Part shown: in pieces, positions 10,351-25,016 of the stretch | Position numbering within the stretch: position 1 is the first letter of the stretch | Layout: each line of letters begins with the position of its first letter | From: Octopus bimaculoides | Taxonomy: Eukaryota | DNA length: 36,978 nucleotides | Direction: 5' to 3' | NCBI RefSeq assembly: GCF_001194135.2 | Contig: NC_068989.1 | Location: forward strand, 61,160,684-61,197,661 | Notes under the pieces: model-generated | The model's input: only the letters and a program-made list of their open reading frames with translations | Databases searched by the model: none | Told to the model about the DNA's origin: nothing | Program-made: the position numbers and the translations under genes

Positions 10351-11575
10351 TGATAATAATAATTGCTCTTTATAAATATTATCGTTATTATGTATTTTCT
10401 TATTTCATTACTGATTGTCTCCCTTTGTAATACGCCAATGTTATATAAAAAAATTGTAATGAGGAGATTTCAATACATCCCACCTGCATATATTTTAACG
10501 AAATAAAAAAAAGAAAATGTAAATTGAATTAATTTTATATTATTCTTTTCTACATATGACTGGAAAATTTGATTGCTGTTTCGAAGTATGTATGTAACAC
10601 ACCGATGTCGAATTTGAGAAATTACACATAGTTATAATATACCAATTAAGTAAGATTATTATATTTTCTCATGCATGATTCCACACCCTACATTGTCCGG
10701 CTCTATGGTATAAGTATATTTTTCTCTATGAAAAGGCTGTGGTAAATGATTTCTCTTTTCAGGAGGAGATGATCCATTCGAAATGAAGATCAAGAAACAC
10801 ATCTCTCTTCAGATTTAAACGGAAAGAAGAAGTAATGCACAAAAGAACGCAACATACCAAATATAGTTGTTGAATATAATGGGTATATTATTTCTATATC
10901 AAAATTCTAAACGAAATATAATCATGATCCCATAAAACATTTAAGGGTAAAACAGGTCTCTTAACTCTATTAAAAAAATATAAAAGCTTATTAAAAATGT
11001 TTAATATTAATACAAATTAATGTCGTTATATTTTCAATGTAATCCATCGATACCGCTTCTTACATTATGTGCCATTATATCTTATTCTTCTACGGTTTAT
11101 CGTCCATAATTTATAGTTATTTTTACATTGTGTTCTTACTTCATTTACCAGCTGTCACCTCCAAACATTTTCATCGTTTCATCGCAATCAGATTCTATTC
11201 ATACCCTACCTTACGCAGTCGCTTTTCTCTCTCTTTTCCTAATGCATTCACGAAATGTTAATATCGCCGCGCTTTATTTCTACAAAACGTCAATATTTTC
11301 CTGATCCATTCTTCTCTATATTCCATTTTTAATAAATAATAGCTAGCTTTCATTCTCGTGGTTGTCTATTTGCTTTTACTAACCGACGGTAATCACTCTG
11401 TTAAATGAGTGTTTCTTTTCAATAAGGAGGTAATTTTAATTAATTGCAATCTGTTCGTTCTTGGTATTAAAATGTTTTCAAAAATACTGTCGAGATTTTG
11501 GGAATCCCCTTGTCAAGGTCAGGCATTTCTATACTCGATGATCCTCTATATCTTCACCATTTAGTTCTAATTTTT

Positions 11576-11627
<52 letters not shown>
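11576..11627. repeat. (TCTA)n microsatellite with no adjoining element
   Basis: Read directly. Confidence 0.98.
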
Positions 11628-12108
11628 ACTATGTGCATGTGGAAGTGCACAGGTGTGCGCGTGCACGAACACACACATATGTTCCTCTATTTAATTTATT
11701 TTCATTGGCATTATTTCGGAGAAGTTTCAGATATATAGGGACCAGCTGAAAGGTAATTGTTCATACGAAGGTGATGGTGCCATGAGTTCGACATTTCTCG
11801 ATTCATTATGGTAAATGTGGCACTATCAAATCATCGGCAATTCTGAATGTATATATTTAATCACATATAGGGGATAAACAGTGTATTTGTTTATGAGCAT
11901 AAACACAAAAACATACATTTGAGGTTATGCAGGAAAGTGAAAATAAAAAAATCCTAAAACGGAATTATTTGATTAAATGGAAAATGCGATTGCTGTGAAA
12001 TATTATGGGCGATGTAGCAAATTCATTTAAGAAATCCATACGTTGAAAACCATGCACACATGCATGCAAATACAAGCATAGGAACATGCTTATAAGCATG
12101 CACACAAC

Positions 12109-12146
<38 letters not shown>

Positions 12147-13734
12147 NNNNNNNNNNNNNNNNNNNNNNNNNNNNNNNNNNNNNNNNNNNNNNNNNNNNNN
12201 NNNNNNNNNNNNNNNNNNNNNNNNNNNNNNNNNNNNNNNNNNNNNNNNNNNNNNNNNNNNNNNNNNNNNNNNNNNNNNNNNNNNNATATACACACACACA
12301 TAACTATACACTTAATCATTCATCCACATAATATGCAGCATACACATTAACACCCCCCCCCACACACACACACACATACACACACACATACATATATAAA
12401 CTTTATAAATTATTTTAAGTATGCAGCTTATATTGTCAGTCAGATGCAAAAACAAAGGGCAAGTAAAAAATAGAATTAAGATTAATGAGCAAAATGAAAA
12501 TGATAATATAAGACAAAAGAAAATAATCATGGATGAAAACGTATAAGCGATGAATATACTAATGGGAAAAGAAATAGAAAAGAATTAACTCAGAGAAAGA
12601 GAGAAAAATGGAGTTGCGTATTTTATCTCCTGTGTATAGTGGTTGTCATAACAGGATTTATCTAAATCTGTTATTTGCTTAATTGAGTTATCTTCTCATA
12701 CCTCATTTTCTTTTTTATTGACTTAAGACGCTTTGGAATGAGACGCAGTATAAATATAGAAAGTGGAAGTTGGAATGGAGGTGTGAATGATCTAGTGTTG
12801 TAACGGAAGAGGATTTCCATGCTTCAAAAGAAGTTGTTCCTTTTATATTCATTGCTCTGTTATTTCCTGTATTATTTTCATAGGTCATTCAACTCCAAAT
12901 ATTCTAGCGAAAGAGTTTCAAACGTTTAGTTCAGCACAATGATCCCAGTAATTTCATGACATGAATTTATTCTCCATCTTAATGGATATAATGAGTTACA
13001 CACATGCACAGGGCTGGAGTGTAGAACTTACATTCATACACAAACACACACACACACACACACACGTTCACACACTCACACGTATACACACACACACACA
13101 CATACATAAAACAACAAAAACAAACTAGGCGAGCAGACACACACATGTTTACATGTCTATGTTTGGATGTGTACATGTATTTATGCACGTATAAATTTAG
13201 ACGTTTATTTGCACACACACAAGCCATGCAGATGCGTATGTGTGTGTGTGTGCGTACGTGAGTGTGTATGACTTCGTGCATGCATCTGCTCTTGTCAATG
13301 TATATGTGTGTATATCTTAGCGGCTGAAGATCGGTGTGACTGGAAAGTCGTGCGCACAAAATCCAAAATTCAAGGTTCATATATGAAACCTATTTAGAGG
13401 ACCATGAAGCATATTTATGCTAGTCAATCAAAATTTCAGCTGTTAGTGTGGAATATTTAACCACTTTCCCGCTAATTCAACGCGTAAGAACCTATAATAG
13501 CCAACTGAAAACTCATCTGGGAAAAGACAAACATCCACATATATACGCAGACGGATCTCCGCATATGTACGTACATATGTACATATATACAAACATTCAT
13601 ATATGCATGCACACCTTCCACGAGTATGTATGTATGTGTTTGTATGTGTGCGTATGAATGTATGTAAGTATTAATTTGTGTCTGAAGATGGGGAAGAAAC
13701 AAATGCTTCTGTAGCCTTACTTGATATGTTTGGC

Positions 13735-14660
13735 AAAAATAATATTTCTCCTCTCTGGTAACATAATTCCAGTCTATATAGCGAGTTGTTTATCAACTAG
13801 GTATAAAATTCTTCCAGTTTCGAAGTAAAGAAGATTTCAGTATCATTTTTAACATATTTCAAATTTCATATATTGCATTCTCTCGAAATAATATTGCAAT
13901 GATCTAAAACAATCGTTGTCAGATGGAACAAGGTCAGGAAGTAAGTACGATGAGGCAAAACTTCCATATAATTTTTTCCAGAATGACTGACATTATTACG
14001 TAAAACTTACATAGCTTTACTACTGGCCAAAGATGGACGCTGTTCCAACAGTTTGAATGCGATTCTTCCAATTTGACGACATAACTTCTGCGCATTATAT
14101 ATTTCGCTTTAGTTAATCACTTCGCGATAGACAACCTTCATACTCCACCAGATACAGAGTATAATATTTGTCGAGTGTAGCCACCGTTCGGAGATGGAGT
14201 CTCCATTGTCATTGGGTGCGATTAGTTGTATATGAGTATTGAGATTCAACTTTTCAGTACTTGAGATGAATCTACCAAGGAAAGGTTAGGTCCCAATTTT
14301 ATACTTTAATGCAAAGCAGAAGGCAGCCCTTCAATTAAGCTGAGAAGTAGCTTAGACACATTACCTAGATCAAGAATGCATTTTATGATTGAAGTTTGAC
14401 TTGAATGAGACTGTTTTACTTGTCTGCCTGAAATTTGCTTTGACTTTTCATCAACTACGTTTTTCATAAGCATAATATTGATAGAAATTGATCGTCCAAA
14501 TCGAGCGGAATCTGCAAGAAGAGACAATCTCGCGCAAAACCGGTAGAACTATCGTTTGCACTCTCCGAGTGAGAGATGGAATATTTCTTGCCACATCTAT
14601 TGCTTCCATTTGACCTGACAAAGTATGCATTTTTGGATATGGATCTGATCTAAACACGTT
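13735..14660 (-). mobile_element. Near full-length, heavily decayed mariner transposase (Mos1/Hsmar1-like)
   Basis: Manual translation across frameshifts gives LDQIHIQKC, R*FYRFCAR..DSARFGRS (HTH, WF.RF..SGRP-like), LGNVSKL, FISSTEK (first Asp region), IILCIWWSMK, LLEQRPSLAS, EVLPH..DLVPSDNDCFRSLQ and IFFTSKLEEFY, all in the expected order. Confidence 0.75.
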
Positions 14661-14671
14661 TTACTAGGGAA

Positions 14672-14788
14672 AACTGGATAACATTTAACCACTATGAGAT
14701 AAAGTAATCTGTAAAATGTAAACTGGATTTAACTTGGATATAAAGTAATCTGTAAACTGAATTTAACTATTATGAGATAAAGTAATCT
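14672..14788. repeat. Imperfect tandem repeat, about 3 units of ~40 bp, next to the mariner 5' end
   Basis: ATAAAGTAATCT at 14699, 14740 and 14777, each with an AACTG(G/A)ATTTAAC-like partner. Confidence 0.85.
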
Positions 14789-17700
14789 TTAAAGAAAGAA
14801 GGTACAATATTGGAACGTAAAAGTTATTGTTCAGCATACGTAAGAATTGAAACAATAACCGCAAAATTATCAGGTCACATATGCGACGCAACTTTCTTTA
14901 AAATAATCTCTAACAAAGAATAGGTAACAAAACCTAACACGAATAAATAAAATAGCAGAACATTTACATTTTTACATATATACATATATAAGTATGTATA
15001 TACATATGCATTTATATACGTATATATATATATATATNNNNNNNNNNNNNNNNNNNNNNNNNNNNNNNNNNNNNNNNNNNNNNNNNNNNNNNNNNNNNNN
15101 NNNNNNNNNNNNNNNNNNNNNNNNNNNNNNNNNNNNNNNNNNNNNNNNNNNNNNNNNNNNNNNNNNNNNNNNNNNNNNNNNNNNNNNNNNNNNNNNNNNN
15201 NNNNNNNNNNNNNNNNNNNNNNNNNNNNNNNNNNNNNNNNNNNNNNNNNNNNNNNNNNNNNNNNNNNNNNNNNNNNNNNNNNNNNNNNNNNNNNNNNNNN
15301 NNNNNNNNNNNNNNNNNNNNNNNNNNNNNNNNNNNNNNNNNNNNNNNNNNNNNNNNNNNNNNNNNNNNNNNNNNNNNNNNNNNNNNNNNNNNNNNNNNNN
15401 NNNNNNNNNNNNNNNNNNNNNNNNNNNNNNNNNNNNNNNNNNNNNNNNNNNNNNNNNNNNNNNNNNNNNNNNNNNNNNNNNNNNNNNNNNNNNNNNNNNN
15501 NNNNNNNNNNNNNNNNNNNNNNNNNNNNNNNNNNNNNNNNNNNNNNNNNNNNNNNNNNNNNNNNNNNNNNNNNNNNNNNNNNNNNNNNNNNNNNNNNNNN
15601 NNNNNACACAAATCAAATTATTTTCGTGGAGGGTAGTGGCGGACGGAAAACAAGACAGGAAAACGAAACGGTGAATAAACAAACAAGCAAAAAGGCTGTA
15701 CAGCCAGACGTGAAGTGTGTATGTATTGAACGCTGTGAAGCCCCAACAGGAGGGGCAAAGAAGTATGTGCGAGCTTGGGGTGTCCAAGAACGAAAAGAAA
15801 TAGCAGCCGGACACGCGTGACCAAGGCTGTGTGAAGAGAAAGATTAGCAGAGGGAAAAGAAGGGGAGGAAGTAGAATAAAAGTGAGCAACGAGAGGTAGA
15901 GAGAGAGAGAGATAGTAGTAGTAACGGTGAGAGGCGAAGGACGAGTAACAGGAGATAAGAGAGAGAGAGAGAGAGAGAGATAGTAGTGACAGGTAGAGGC
16001 GAAGAACAGTAGAGGGAAGAATGAGAGGGAGAGATAGATATAGCGGTAGAGAGAGTCGCGTTAGAAAAATAGTTAAAACTTACTCTATAAAGGTTAACGC
16101 GTGCGTTCTGTCGTGATACAAACAATATATGGGTATATGCATATATATGTACATGTATGTACATACCTTCATCTACATGTACATATAGATACATAACTGG
16201 GTACATGACGTGGCAAAAGAACATGGACGAAATGATAAACAAGGTACNNNNNNNNNNAATTCCAGACCTACAGCCGTTTCCATATCCGATTAGTGCAATT
16301 ACAGAAATTAAATTAAATTAAATTAATTTAATTTAAATTTTCATGTTGAAACTGGTTAATTTGTTATTTTATCAGGGAAGAACTTTCCAAAAGCGTGGTA
16401 CATTAATTTAATTCGATTTAATTTCTGTAATTGAACTAATTGTATATGGAAACGGCTTTGGGCTTTGAGTTTCGTTATATGGATTTGAATAACTTTAAAC
16501 AAACTGATACCGGAATGGTAATTTCTCCATTTTCTTTTTCTCATTTATAAATAGTTTAAATACCTATGAATATCATTGCAAAACTAATATATTTAATTTT
16601 CATTAAACACTGGCATGAACCGGAGAACTAGGATACTAGCATCTCTTAAAAAATTATAGTCCTTGATGCAATATATACTCACATGTATGTATAAAAAAAT
16701 ATGAGCAAGAATTGAAAATGCATTAAATCTTTTACGCTTGAAATTTCAGGTGAATCTCTTGTGTTGTAGATTTCCACGTAGAATATGTATATTCGTATAC
16801 GTATTACATCTTATATTAATAAATATATGCAATACAATGTATGAACAGTGACATCACGTTAAATAGCAACAAGACATATTTTATCTAGTGTAATTCAATA
16901 CAACGTGATAAAAATGCAAGAGCGAAGCTGAATACGTATGTAACATTTTCATTTAATTAAATATTGTTCGCTCGCCAACATAGCAACAAAATGTTCTTGT
17001 TGTTACAATACCATTTGTGCCACGTAGCGTATTTATTAAGAGATTATCTAGGATGTCTTGTTTTAAATAGTAGTGTGTTGTTTCGAGGAATATTTAACTG
17101 CCAACTTAATCGACTACTCACAATCTCTGATATTGACTTGTCAGTTGGTCAAAACATTCTTGAGCAGGTACACGCTTACATTGAGGAGTCGGTTTTTCGA
17201 TTTCTAATTTCATTATCGTATTTGATTACACAACATATCGAGTCGCATGCAGACTCATGGATGATATTGTAATATCTTCAAAAATGAACATGGTATCTAA
17301 TGACATCCTGTGTGTATTGAACATAGTTAAAAATAACGCAATGATTGCGTTGGGAATAACATCGATTGTAGGCTAAATCAATCAGGATTGATCTACAGTA
17401 AAAATAAAACATCTACAACAACACCAACAACGTCAACAACAATATTATCAAATAACAACGAGTGATACCATTAAAATTCATATACCTTATAGAAACGTAA
17501 CTGGTTTAACTTATGTATGTGTCAGTATTGTCGAAGGAATGCTGTTATAAAGGCCACGACAAATGCTAACATAATTTTAAATAGAATCCTGCAAGTTCAC
17601 GACGTCATACAAACTGTAGTTAAGTCGTGTTATTTGCTAATGAAAAATCTTTAAATTTGTGAAATCCGCGTGAGAAGTGATTACATTGAATATTTCTTTA

Positions 17701-20099
17701 CGAAAACAGTCTATGCTCCAAAGATAAATTGATCACGTTATACATAATATCCATGATATAGGAATTTTACCGAATACGATTTTATGCTTACACTTACGAA
17801 TGGACAGATAGATACAAACTTGTAAGTAAGTTTAATTTTACTACCAAGTTCCTCTGAAGTAGTGTATTATAGGAATAGGAATTATTTCTTTGAAAAATAT
17901 AATACAATTAATTTCTCGCAAATTTTCAGATTTTCATGAAATACTCTATTATATATCTTATGTATATGAACAGTTGTATGATATTTCTCTAAGACTATTA
18001 CCTTGTTTTATATCTATATCCAAATTAATGGAATCACGAACATTGCAAGTGTAAATCGTCGAATGGCTTGAATCAGAAAATCCTATCCTGAAGATAGTCT
18101 TTATAGCAGAAACGGAACTTTCCTACTTTCCAAATTAAATGTGAGAACATATTTCACCTGCTTTGTAACATTTACCTTCCTGGTATGAGGTAAATGATTT
18201 ACATATAAACAGATGCAGTCTATTATATTATTGATTTTGTTCGATTTTATAGGAATATTACTGAAAGTAGAAAAAAATATTGTCACCTGAGTTGATAAGA
18301 ATGTTTACTGACTTCAAATAGATAATATATGCATACAAGATTAGGTTCGCGTAAATTGGCGAATATCTTAGATGCTTTCGGCTCAAAGGAGAATTTGGAC
18401 GTTTAAAGCTACGTACCCAATTATTGTTTATTTATAAAACTCGTCTAGTAATTTATTAACACCTACAGCTTACTTTGTGGTGTGTAGTCAAAGACTGAAA
18501 AACGTCAGAGAAGAAAAGATAATCCCCCACATACCACTACAACAAAAACAATAGCAACATTAAGAAAAACAACAACAGCGACAACTACAGCACCTAGTAA
18601 CCATATGTAAGAGTCAAAAGCATCCCGTCCCTAGCAAATAATGTGCGGATATTGCTCTCCTTGCATTATTATTCTACTGCGCAATACAACTGTGTAACAT
18701 GATTTTTGTCATTGGGTACCAAATGTTATTTCCTATTTGCTTACCCCTAGAAAGTATGAAAGTATGAATAATGTCCAAGTCACAGAAGCTAAGTTTGAAG
18801 GGAATAATTGTCATTCCTTTCGATTTCTAGATAGAAGCAAATAGGAAGTAACACAAAAACGAAAGAAAGTAGCAATTATGTTACACGCTAATTATCGATA
18901 CTGATATTCAAAAAATGCTAGTTTCTCGTAACCTACGAAGAGTCTGCTCCCCACTCCATCAATTCTCGATATATTTCTTTTCCAGGTTGTATTCCACCAG
19001 TCAGTATCCCCACCCCACGCACACACACAAACCGATTCTTCCAATCCTTGCTCTATGGATATCATACTAATTGAATTCTTTCCTTCTAATCTTGCTATTG
19101 ACGAAAACAACGAATAACCGTGTCATCAGACCGTCGTGCGGATACAAAAGTTAAAATAAAGAAAAAGTTACACGTATACACATATTCATAAATACATAAA
19201 TATATACATGCATACATGTGTTCACACACACGCGCATACATACACGCAGACGCACACACACATATACACACACACAAACACATACATATATGGATGCGTA
19301 AATGCATGACATGCATACGCCTAAACAGCTAATATATGTGCATAATTTTCAAGTTAATATATATCAATATACGTTTATATTATAATATAATATACACACA
19401 ATTATGTAATATATGTGTGTATTTGTCAAGTTAATACATGCGTTTCGTTTATAGATTTCAATGTTAGTTCAGAGTCACTGTAATTTTAAGGAAGCGAGCT
19501 CCATACGAGAAACCTAAATGAAGCAGAAATTATGATGTGGCTGGTGTTCTCGTTGAAATAACATTATTTACCAACCTCTGAAACACTCAAGTATTTTATG
19601 AGAAACAAGTAATCGAATTATGTTCTTGGAATCTGTTATCTTATACGTAATACGATTCTATGAACAAAGTGGGAGGCTCTTTACAGTAAAACATAAAACA
19701 GTGAAATATTTGGAATATTTTTGGACGTAATTGTTCAAGTTTCATATCTTTCTCAGCAGGCTGTGTAAAAATTTAGTTTATCTAAGTGAATTTCTCAATA
19801 TGAATGCTGCATAATGGAAAATATTTTTCAAAAACGTTTGTAAATATAAAAATAGACAGATGATAGAATAACTAATAATATAACGAATATTCAATTCTTT
19901 CCAAACAAAAATTAAATAAAATAACTCTAATTTTCCACGGCCTGTTCAAGGTAATTAGCTAGAATTCAAATAGGTTTTACAGTCCATTTCTAATCGCCCC
20001 CAATTCAGAATTCCAGCAGGAGTTATTGGTTTCAAAAATTATGTCACCGATTTACATTCCAAGAAGAACTGCTCTGTATTGAGCTGTACTCATATTCAA

Positions 20100-20700
20100 A
20101 CACATGAACATATATCCAAATTTCGATCAATTCACTGGGTCATGTGATGAAGTCCAAATATCTGAGGACTCTATTCAGGAGTGATAAGAAAAATGTTGAA
20201 TTGGGAGTTGGAACTGCAGGGGGTGTATCAGTATGCGCCAGCTACAATATTCGATTCTCAGAAAAGAAAATTATTATTTCCAATATGGTTTCCTTGTCCC
20301 TATGGTCGTAATGATCGACAAAGTACAAGCGTCTGATATGGCCTTCGCCCGAAAGATCTCCGTAGTAACGTTTCACTACAGAGTGTGTATGTAGAAGATC
20401 AAGCACTCTTTTCAGATTGAGGTGCTATTTCTCCACATTGAGAGGTCCTTTAATTGAGACTTGCAATGAAAATATCGAACGAAGAATCGCACGACAGATT
20501 TTTCAAACTGAGGAAACTAACAGGATAACTTGGGGCGAAACAAGAGCGAGATGTTTAGATAACATCCATGGTATCAGTTGGGAAACCAGCCGGGAAATGT
20601 AGTAACCTTGGTTTCTGATACGAGATGGGACTCTATCCTCTCGACCCTACCAGGAATGGTGGGTGAAGACGGATGAATGGAGACGCCGACAAGGGACACA
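20100..20700 (+). mobile_element. Decayed RTE-clade LINE, 3' part of ORF
   Basis: KSKYLRTLFRSD (FKYLG-like), VQASDMAFARKIS, LFLHIERS and RRIARQIF..ARCLDNIHGISW resemble RTE C-terminal motifs. Many stops. Confidence 0.7.
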
Positions 20701-21544
20701 AAGGAATATATATTGTGTGCTGTTGAATAAATCATATCACTACTCATTATTGTTACTTTCACAACAAAAGAATTTCTCAAGATTTAATCTGCACTGAAAA
20801 GTATCTCAGTAAAAGTATTATTTTTTTAAAATCTAAAATACACAGTCGGATCAGTCATACAGTATCTTTTATCAACATTATTCCTGTTACTCAAGAAACT
20901 ATTTTTTGCACAGCTTATATATTCTTCTCAATTTATTCACTCTCAGATAATGGTACGTTTACGTATAAACAATGAATCATCTCCCGTATAATCATTACGA
21001 ATACAAAACAAGCGTTATATATACAATTGTAATAATTAATGTATTGATGATCAGCAAAAATATTGACCTAATGAATTTTCTTAATCCGTTATTGAATATA
21101 GAAGTAGAAGCTACAATCAAAATACACGCCATGAGTGTAGGCATTAAAACGGTGACTTGAATATTGAACTACAAAGCACGAAGTTATCACAATATTTTCA
21201 TTTTGTGCTTCAAATTTAGCAATTACTTGATGGATTCATCTAAATTGCATTCTTATCAGAATGAATTACGCATTTTCATTTGGAAGCCAATAAATTATTT
21301 ATCGACGGAGAACAGATGAAATAATTGAATTAATCAATACATAATAGGCAACTGATTATTAGAATGAGTCCAAAACACCCTCTGACCGATTCAGTATATT
21401 TTGTCAATCACCACCTGCACCCCCGCGCCCCTCTCGCTGTATCTATTTATTCTTTTATCGCCATACTCATGATATACTACCTTAATTCTGAATCGTTATT
21501 ATGTATTATTACCGTTATTAATGATGATATTAATAAGGTAATAT

Positions 21545-21912
21545 GGAGGCGCAATAACCCAGTGGTTAGGGCAGCAGAATCGTGGTTGTAAGATTGCGGT
21601 TTCGATTCCCAGACCGGGCGTTGTGAGTGTTTATTGAGAGAAAACACTTAAAATGCTCCACGAGGCCCCGCAGGGAGTCGTCGCGAACCCTCCTGTACAC
21701 TTTCACCATAACTTTCTGTCACTCTTTCTTCCTGTTTCTGTTGTACCTGTATTTCAAAGGGCCAGCCTTGTCACACTCTGTGTCACACTATATCTTCCCT
21801 AGAACTACGTCTGTGGAATGCTCAGCCACTTGAACGTTAATTTCACGAGTAGGTTGTTCCGTTGATCGGATCAATTGGAACCCTCGTCGTCGTAACTGAC
21901 GGAGTGCCACGA
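21545..21912 (+). mobile_element. Full-length tRNA-derived SINE (octopus OR-like family)
   Basis: Pol III A-box-like TAACCCAGTGG and B-box-like GTTTCGATTCC. The body matches the reverse complement of 26798-27124. Confidence 0.85.
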
Positions 21913-22949
21913 ATAAGTTACAATATAAGCTGAATTTAGATTCAGTAGGGTATTTATACCACTTGCTAAAATCAGAGCCAAACCTCCAAAACTACCAGGA
22001 ACTTACTATAAAGATACACACGAGCAATGCAATGGACATATGATAAATAGACCTACCTTTCCGTTGGATACATCAGTAAGTAATGTACATTTCAATAATA
22101 ATTGATTTCACCATCTGTATCACCAACATACTCTGGGATCTTTAGTTGAAAATAACATTTTAACATCTATTTCTAGAATATTCAGTATATTAGCAATTGG
22201 TATTAGATACCCTATTGAATCTAAATTTAACTTATATTGTGCCTGTAAAGAGTATTTTTTAACTGTAATGGTGTGAACTTGTTAGCCACCTTAATATTAC
22301 CTTCTTAATATCATTAAGAACGGTAACGATACAACTCTATACATACATACATACATACATACATACATGCATACATACATACATACATACATACATACAT
22401 AAACACACACATACACACACACACACACACACATGCACACACACACACACATATATATATATATAATTTTTAATAGGAAATTTCTTACATGTCTGTCTAA
22501 CAGGTAAAAGTCTGTAGTACCTATTAACAAATGAAACATGTGTAGTGGCGAATAAATAAGTAACCAGTAACGTTGCCCACACCCTGTTTTCTTATACAAT
22601 AAAACTGCAAATAATATTTCCAGAATTTTCAAATTTAATATGTACTCTGCATTTATACAGACCAACAGAATCTACATATTCGATTGTAATAATGGATTAA
22701 GCAGATGTGCTACAAGAGTAACCCAACTATTTAAATATAATGTGTGTATATATAAAAGTGTACACAAGCATATATACAGTCACACACACACAACACACGC
22801 ACACACACACAAGCACACACAAACACACACACACACACATATATATGTATATCCATAGATAAATAGATATTGATATATTATATGGAATTTTAGAGGAGGC
22901 TAGAAAGGAACGCCATCCTCCTTCCAACCAGAAATGTGGCCCATCTCAG

Positions 22950-23345
22950 AGATGATGACAAAGGGAATCGACGCTACCCTCACAACAGATGGTACCCGCA
23001 CGTTTCCCACAAAGAAATGCATCCGCGTACGTAACGGTCCGCAGATTATCTCATCATACCAGCCCATTGCATGCTCGGTCTTCAGCTGGATCACTCTAGC
23101 AGAGCTTTACTCTCATTCGACGCAGCAGATACGGGCGGGAAGAGGCCTCACGACAGATCCTGCACGAGATGGCTGGACATGATTTGGGGTGATCTTCAGA
23201 GGCTCGGCGTCACATTGAAAGATGCAGAAGTGCTGACTTGGGACCGTGAACAATGGACAGCACTGGTGGAACTAGTTGGCCCTACGCATATTGACGCAAT
23301 AGCATGAAGCACGGAAGTCAGCCACTAATAGAAGAAGAGGAAGTG
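22950..23345 (+). mobile_element. RTE-clade LINE 3' end
   Basis: RWYPHVSHKE, HSSRALLSFD and GGKRPHDRSCTRWLDMIWGDLQRLGVTLKDAEVLTWDREQWTALV match the RTE C-terminal GKRPRGRP.TRW.D..DL..A.DR..W pattern. Confidence 0.82.
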
Positions 23346-23564
23346 AGTGAAGACGGCATGTAGATAGTCTTAAGGGCTTTAATCAACGATGCTAAAATTC
23401 ATCTTATTCATGACATACAACCTGAACGAGCAGACGCATATGTATATATGACTCATCAGCCTTAACCGTGTCGTTTATTAGTCATAGTCTAAAGAGCGGA
23501 TTAGATTGATTACTATTCAATTAAATAGCCAGAGGGAGAAAGACATGGAGAAATGAGAGAGTGA

Positions 23565-23575
23565 GAGAGAGAATA

Positions 23576-23618
<43 letters not shown>

Positions 23619-23652
23619 GAGACAGAGACAGAGAGAGAGAGAGACAGAGAGA
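23565..23652. repeat. (GA)n microsatellite
   Basis: Read directly. Confidence 0.95.
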
Positions 23653-24078
23653 AATAATAGATGATATTTCAATGGCTTGAGGGATTAAATCCACTCTAGC
23701 GCATTTTTTTGAATTGTAGACCCAATGGTGTTATTAAATATTGTGACGTAATTGAATTGAGGGTCATTGATGAGAACCTTTATTTATTGTCCTGTTTATA
23801 GGAGGACCATAAATTCGTAAGGGGTTGATAGACAATTAGACATGTGGTTAGGTAACAAAGACAGTAAAGCAGAGATTTATTTAAATCAATGTTCGTGACA
23901 TATTTGTGTTTCTCGTTAAATAATTTGTTAACATATCCGTTATATAGCTGCGCTGGTAGTTAAAATGATGAATATGTAAATAGTAGATTCGCTTGTTAGA
24001 TAATTATCGAGAAAGATAGATAAATAGACTGATAGACTGACAGATAGGCAGATAAGTAGAGAGAGAGANNNNNNNNNN

Positions 24079-24126
<48 letters not shown>

Positions 24127-24564
24127 GTCGTAACACTGGAACTCGACTGAAATGAAAGGATAAAAGGAAAACAATAAAAGAATTTAGAAAATAAGGAAAT
24201 GAAACCACAATCATCAATCAAGAACGTTTGTTCATAAACATTATGCAGTATATTTGTTCAGTTGAATGTGTTCTTTAAGTAGTCAGTTAAATGTAAAATC
24301 AATTAGATATACGGTTACGTAAGTTGACCCAAGGAAAATTTTTCTGTATCTGACAACACCTGAATTCATCATTGAGGTATAGGGATTGCCTGAATTCCAC
24401 ATATCAATTTAAAAGATTGTTTACAGTATTCCATTATATTTTCAAGCGCTAAATAACAATAGATCGATAGATTTCTCATTGTGAACAATAATAATTGTAT
24501 TTTCATCTATAATCATCATGGATACATATGGAAAGCAAGTCGCTGTTTTCAAGCCGAGGCTCAT

Positions 24565-24579
24565 AAATACATACATGCA

Positions 24580-24610
<31 letters not shown>

Positions 24611-24643
24611 TCACATACGTACATACATACATGCATGCATACA

Positions 24644-24675
<32 letters not shown>

Positions 24676-24712
24676 CACACATGCACGCACATATGTATGT
24701 ATGTATGTCATT
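24565..24712. repeat. (ATAC)n tract followed by short (ATGT)n
   Basis: Read directly. Confidence 0.9.
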
Positions 24713-24812
24713 ATTCGATCTCCTTTCAAGATTTCTTGCCAATAGAGAAAGAGCTGGTTTCTAACCTAGATCCAAGCATCTGGAATTTCTGCATCATCAA
24801 CATAGAATTTTG
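24700..24812 (-). mobile_element. 3' end of a dispersed retroposon with (CATA)n tail, copy 2
   Basis: Homologous to 2180-2300. Confidence 0.7.
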
Positions 24813-25016
24813 AATGTAATTGTATGTGCAGTATTTGAAGTCATTGCATGTACAGATTTCTATGTTTTGTTTTATGTATTTATTCGCATGCATGTACTCA
24901 AATGTGTAGACATTTGCATATATACTGGATAAATGATAAACTGGAATGTTTTACAGATTTTTATATTTCAAATGATCACTTGAGTCTGTAGTCTTCGAAT
25001 GAGCTTATGTATGTAT

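Noticed and set aside
13674-13705. CTGAAGA..GAAAC with pairing ATTTGT/ACAAAT, hammerhead-like
   Set aside because: Stems I and II are absent and the cleavage triplet would be GUG.
16964-17272. 102-aa plus ORF and coding-like minus frame
   Set aside because: No recognisable domain or splice signals. Possibly an old TE, but not assignable.
18975-18990. Acceptor-like ATATTTCTTTTCCAG|G
   Set aside because: No open frame or donor follows, and such motifs are common in AT-rich DNA.
21545-21612. tRNA-like sequences with A and B boxes (also near 27100, 29600, 30650, 31000 and 32980)
   Set aside because: They continue into shared SINE bodies and lack a complete cloverleaf, so they are SINE heads rather than tRNA genes.
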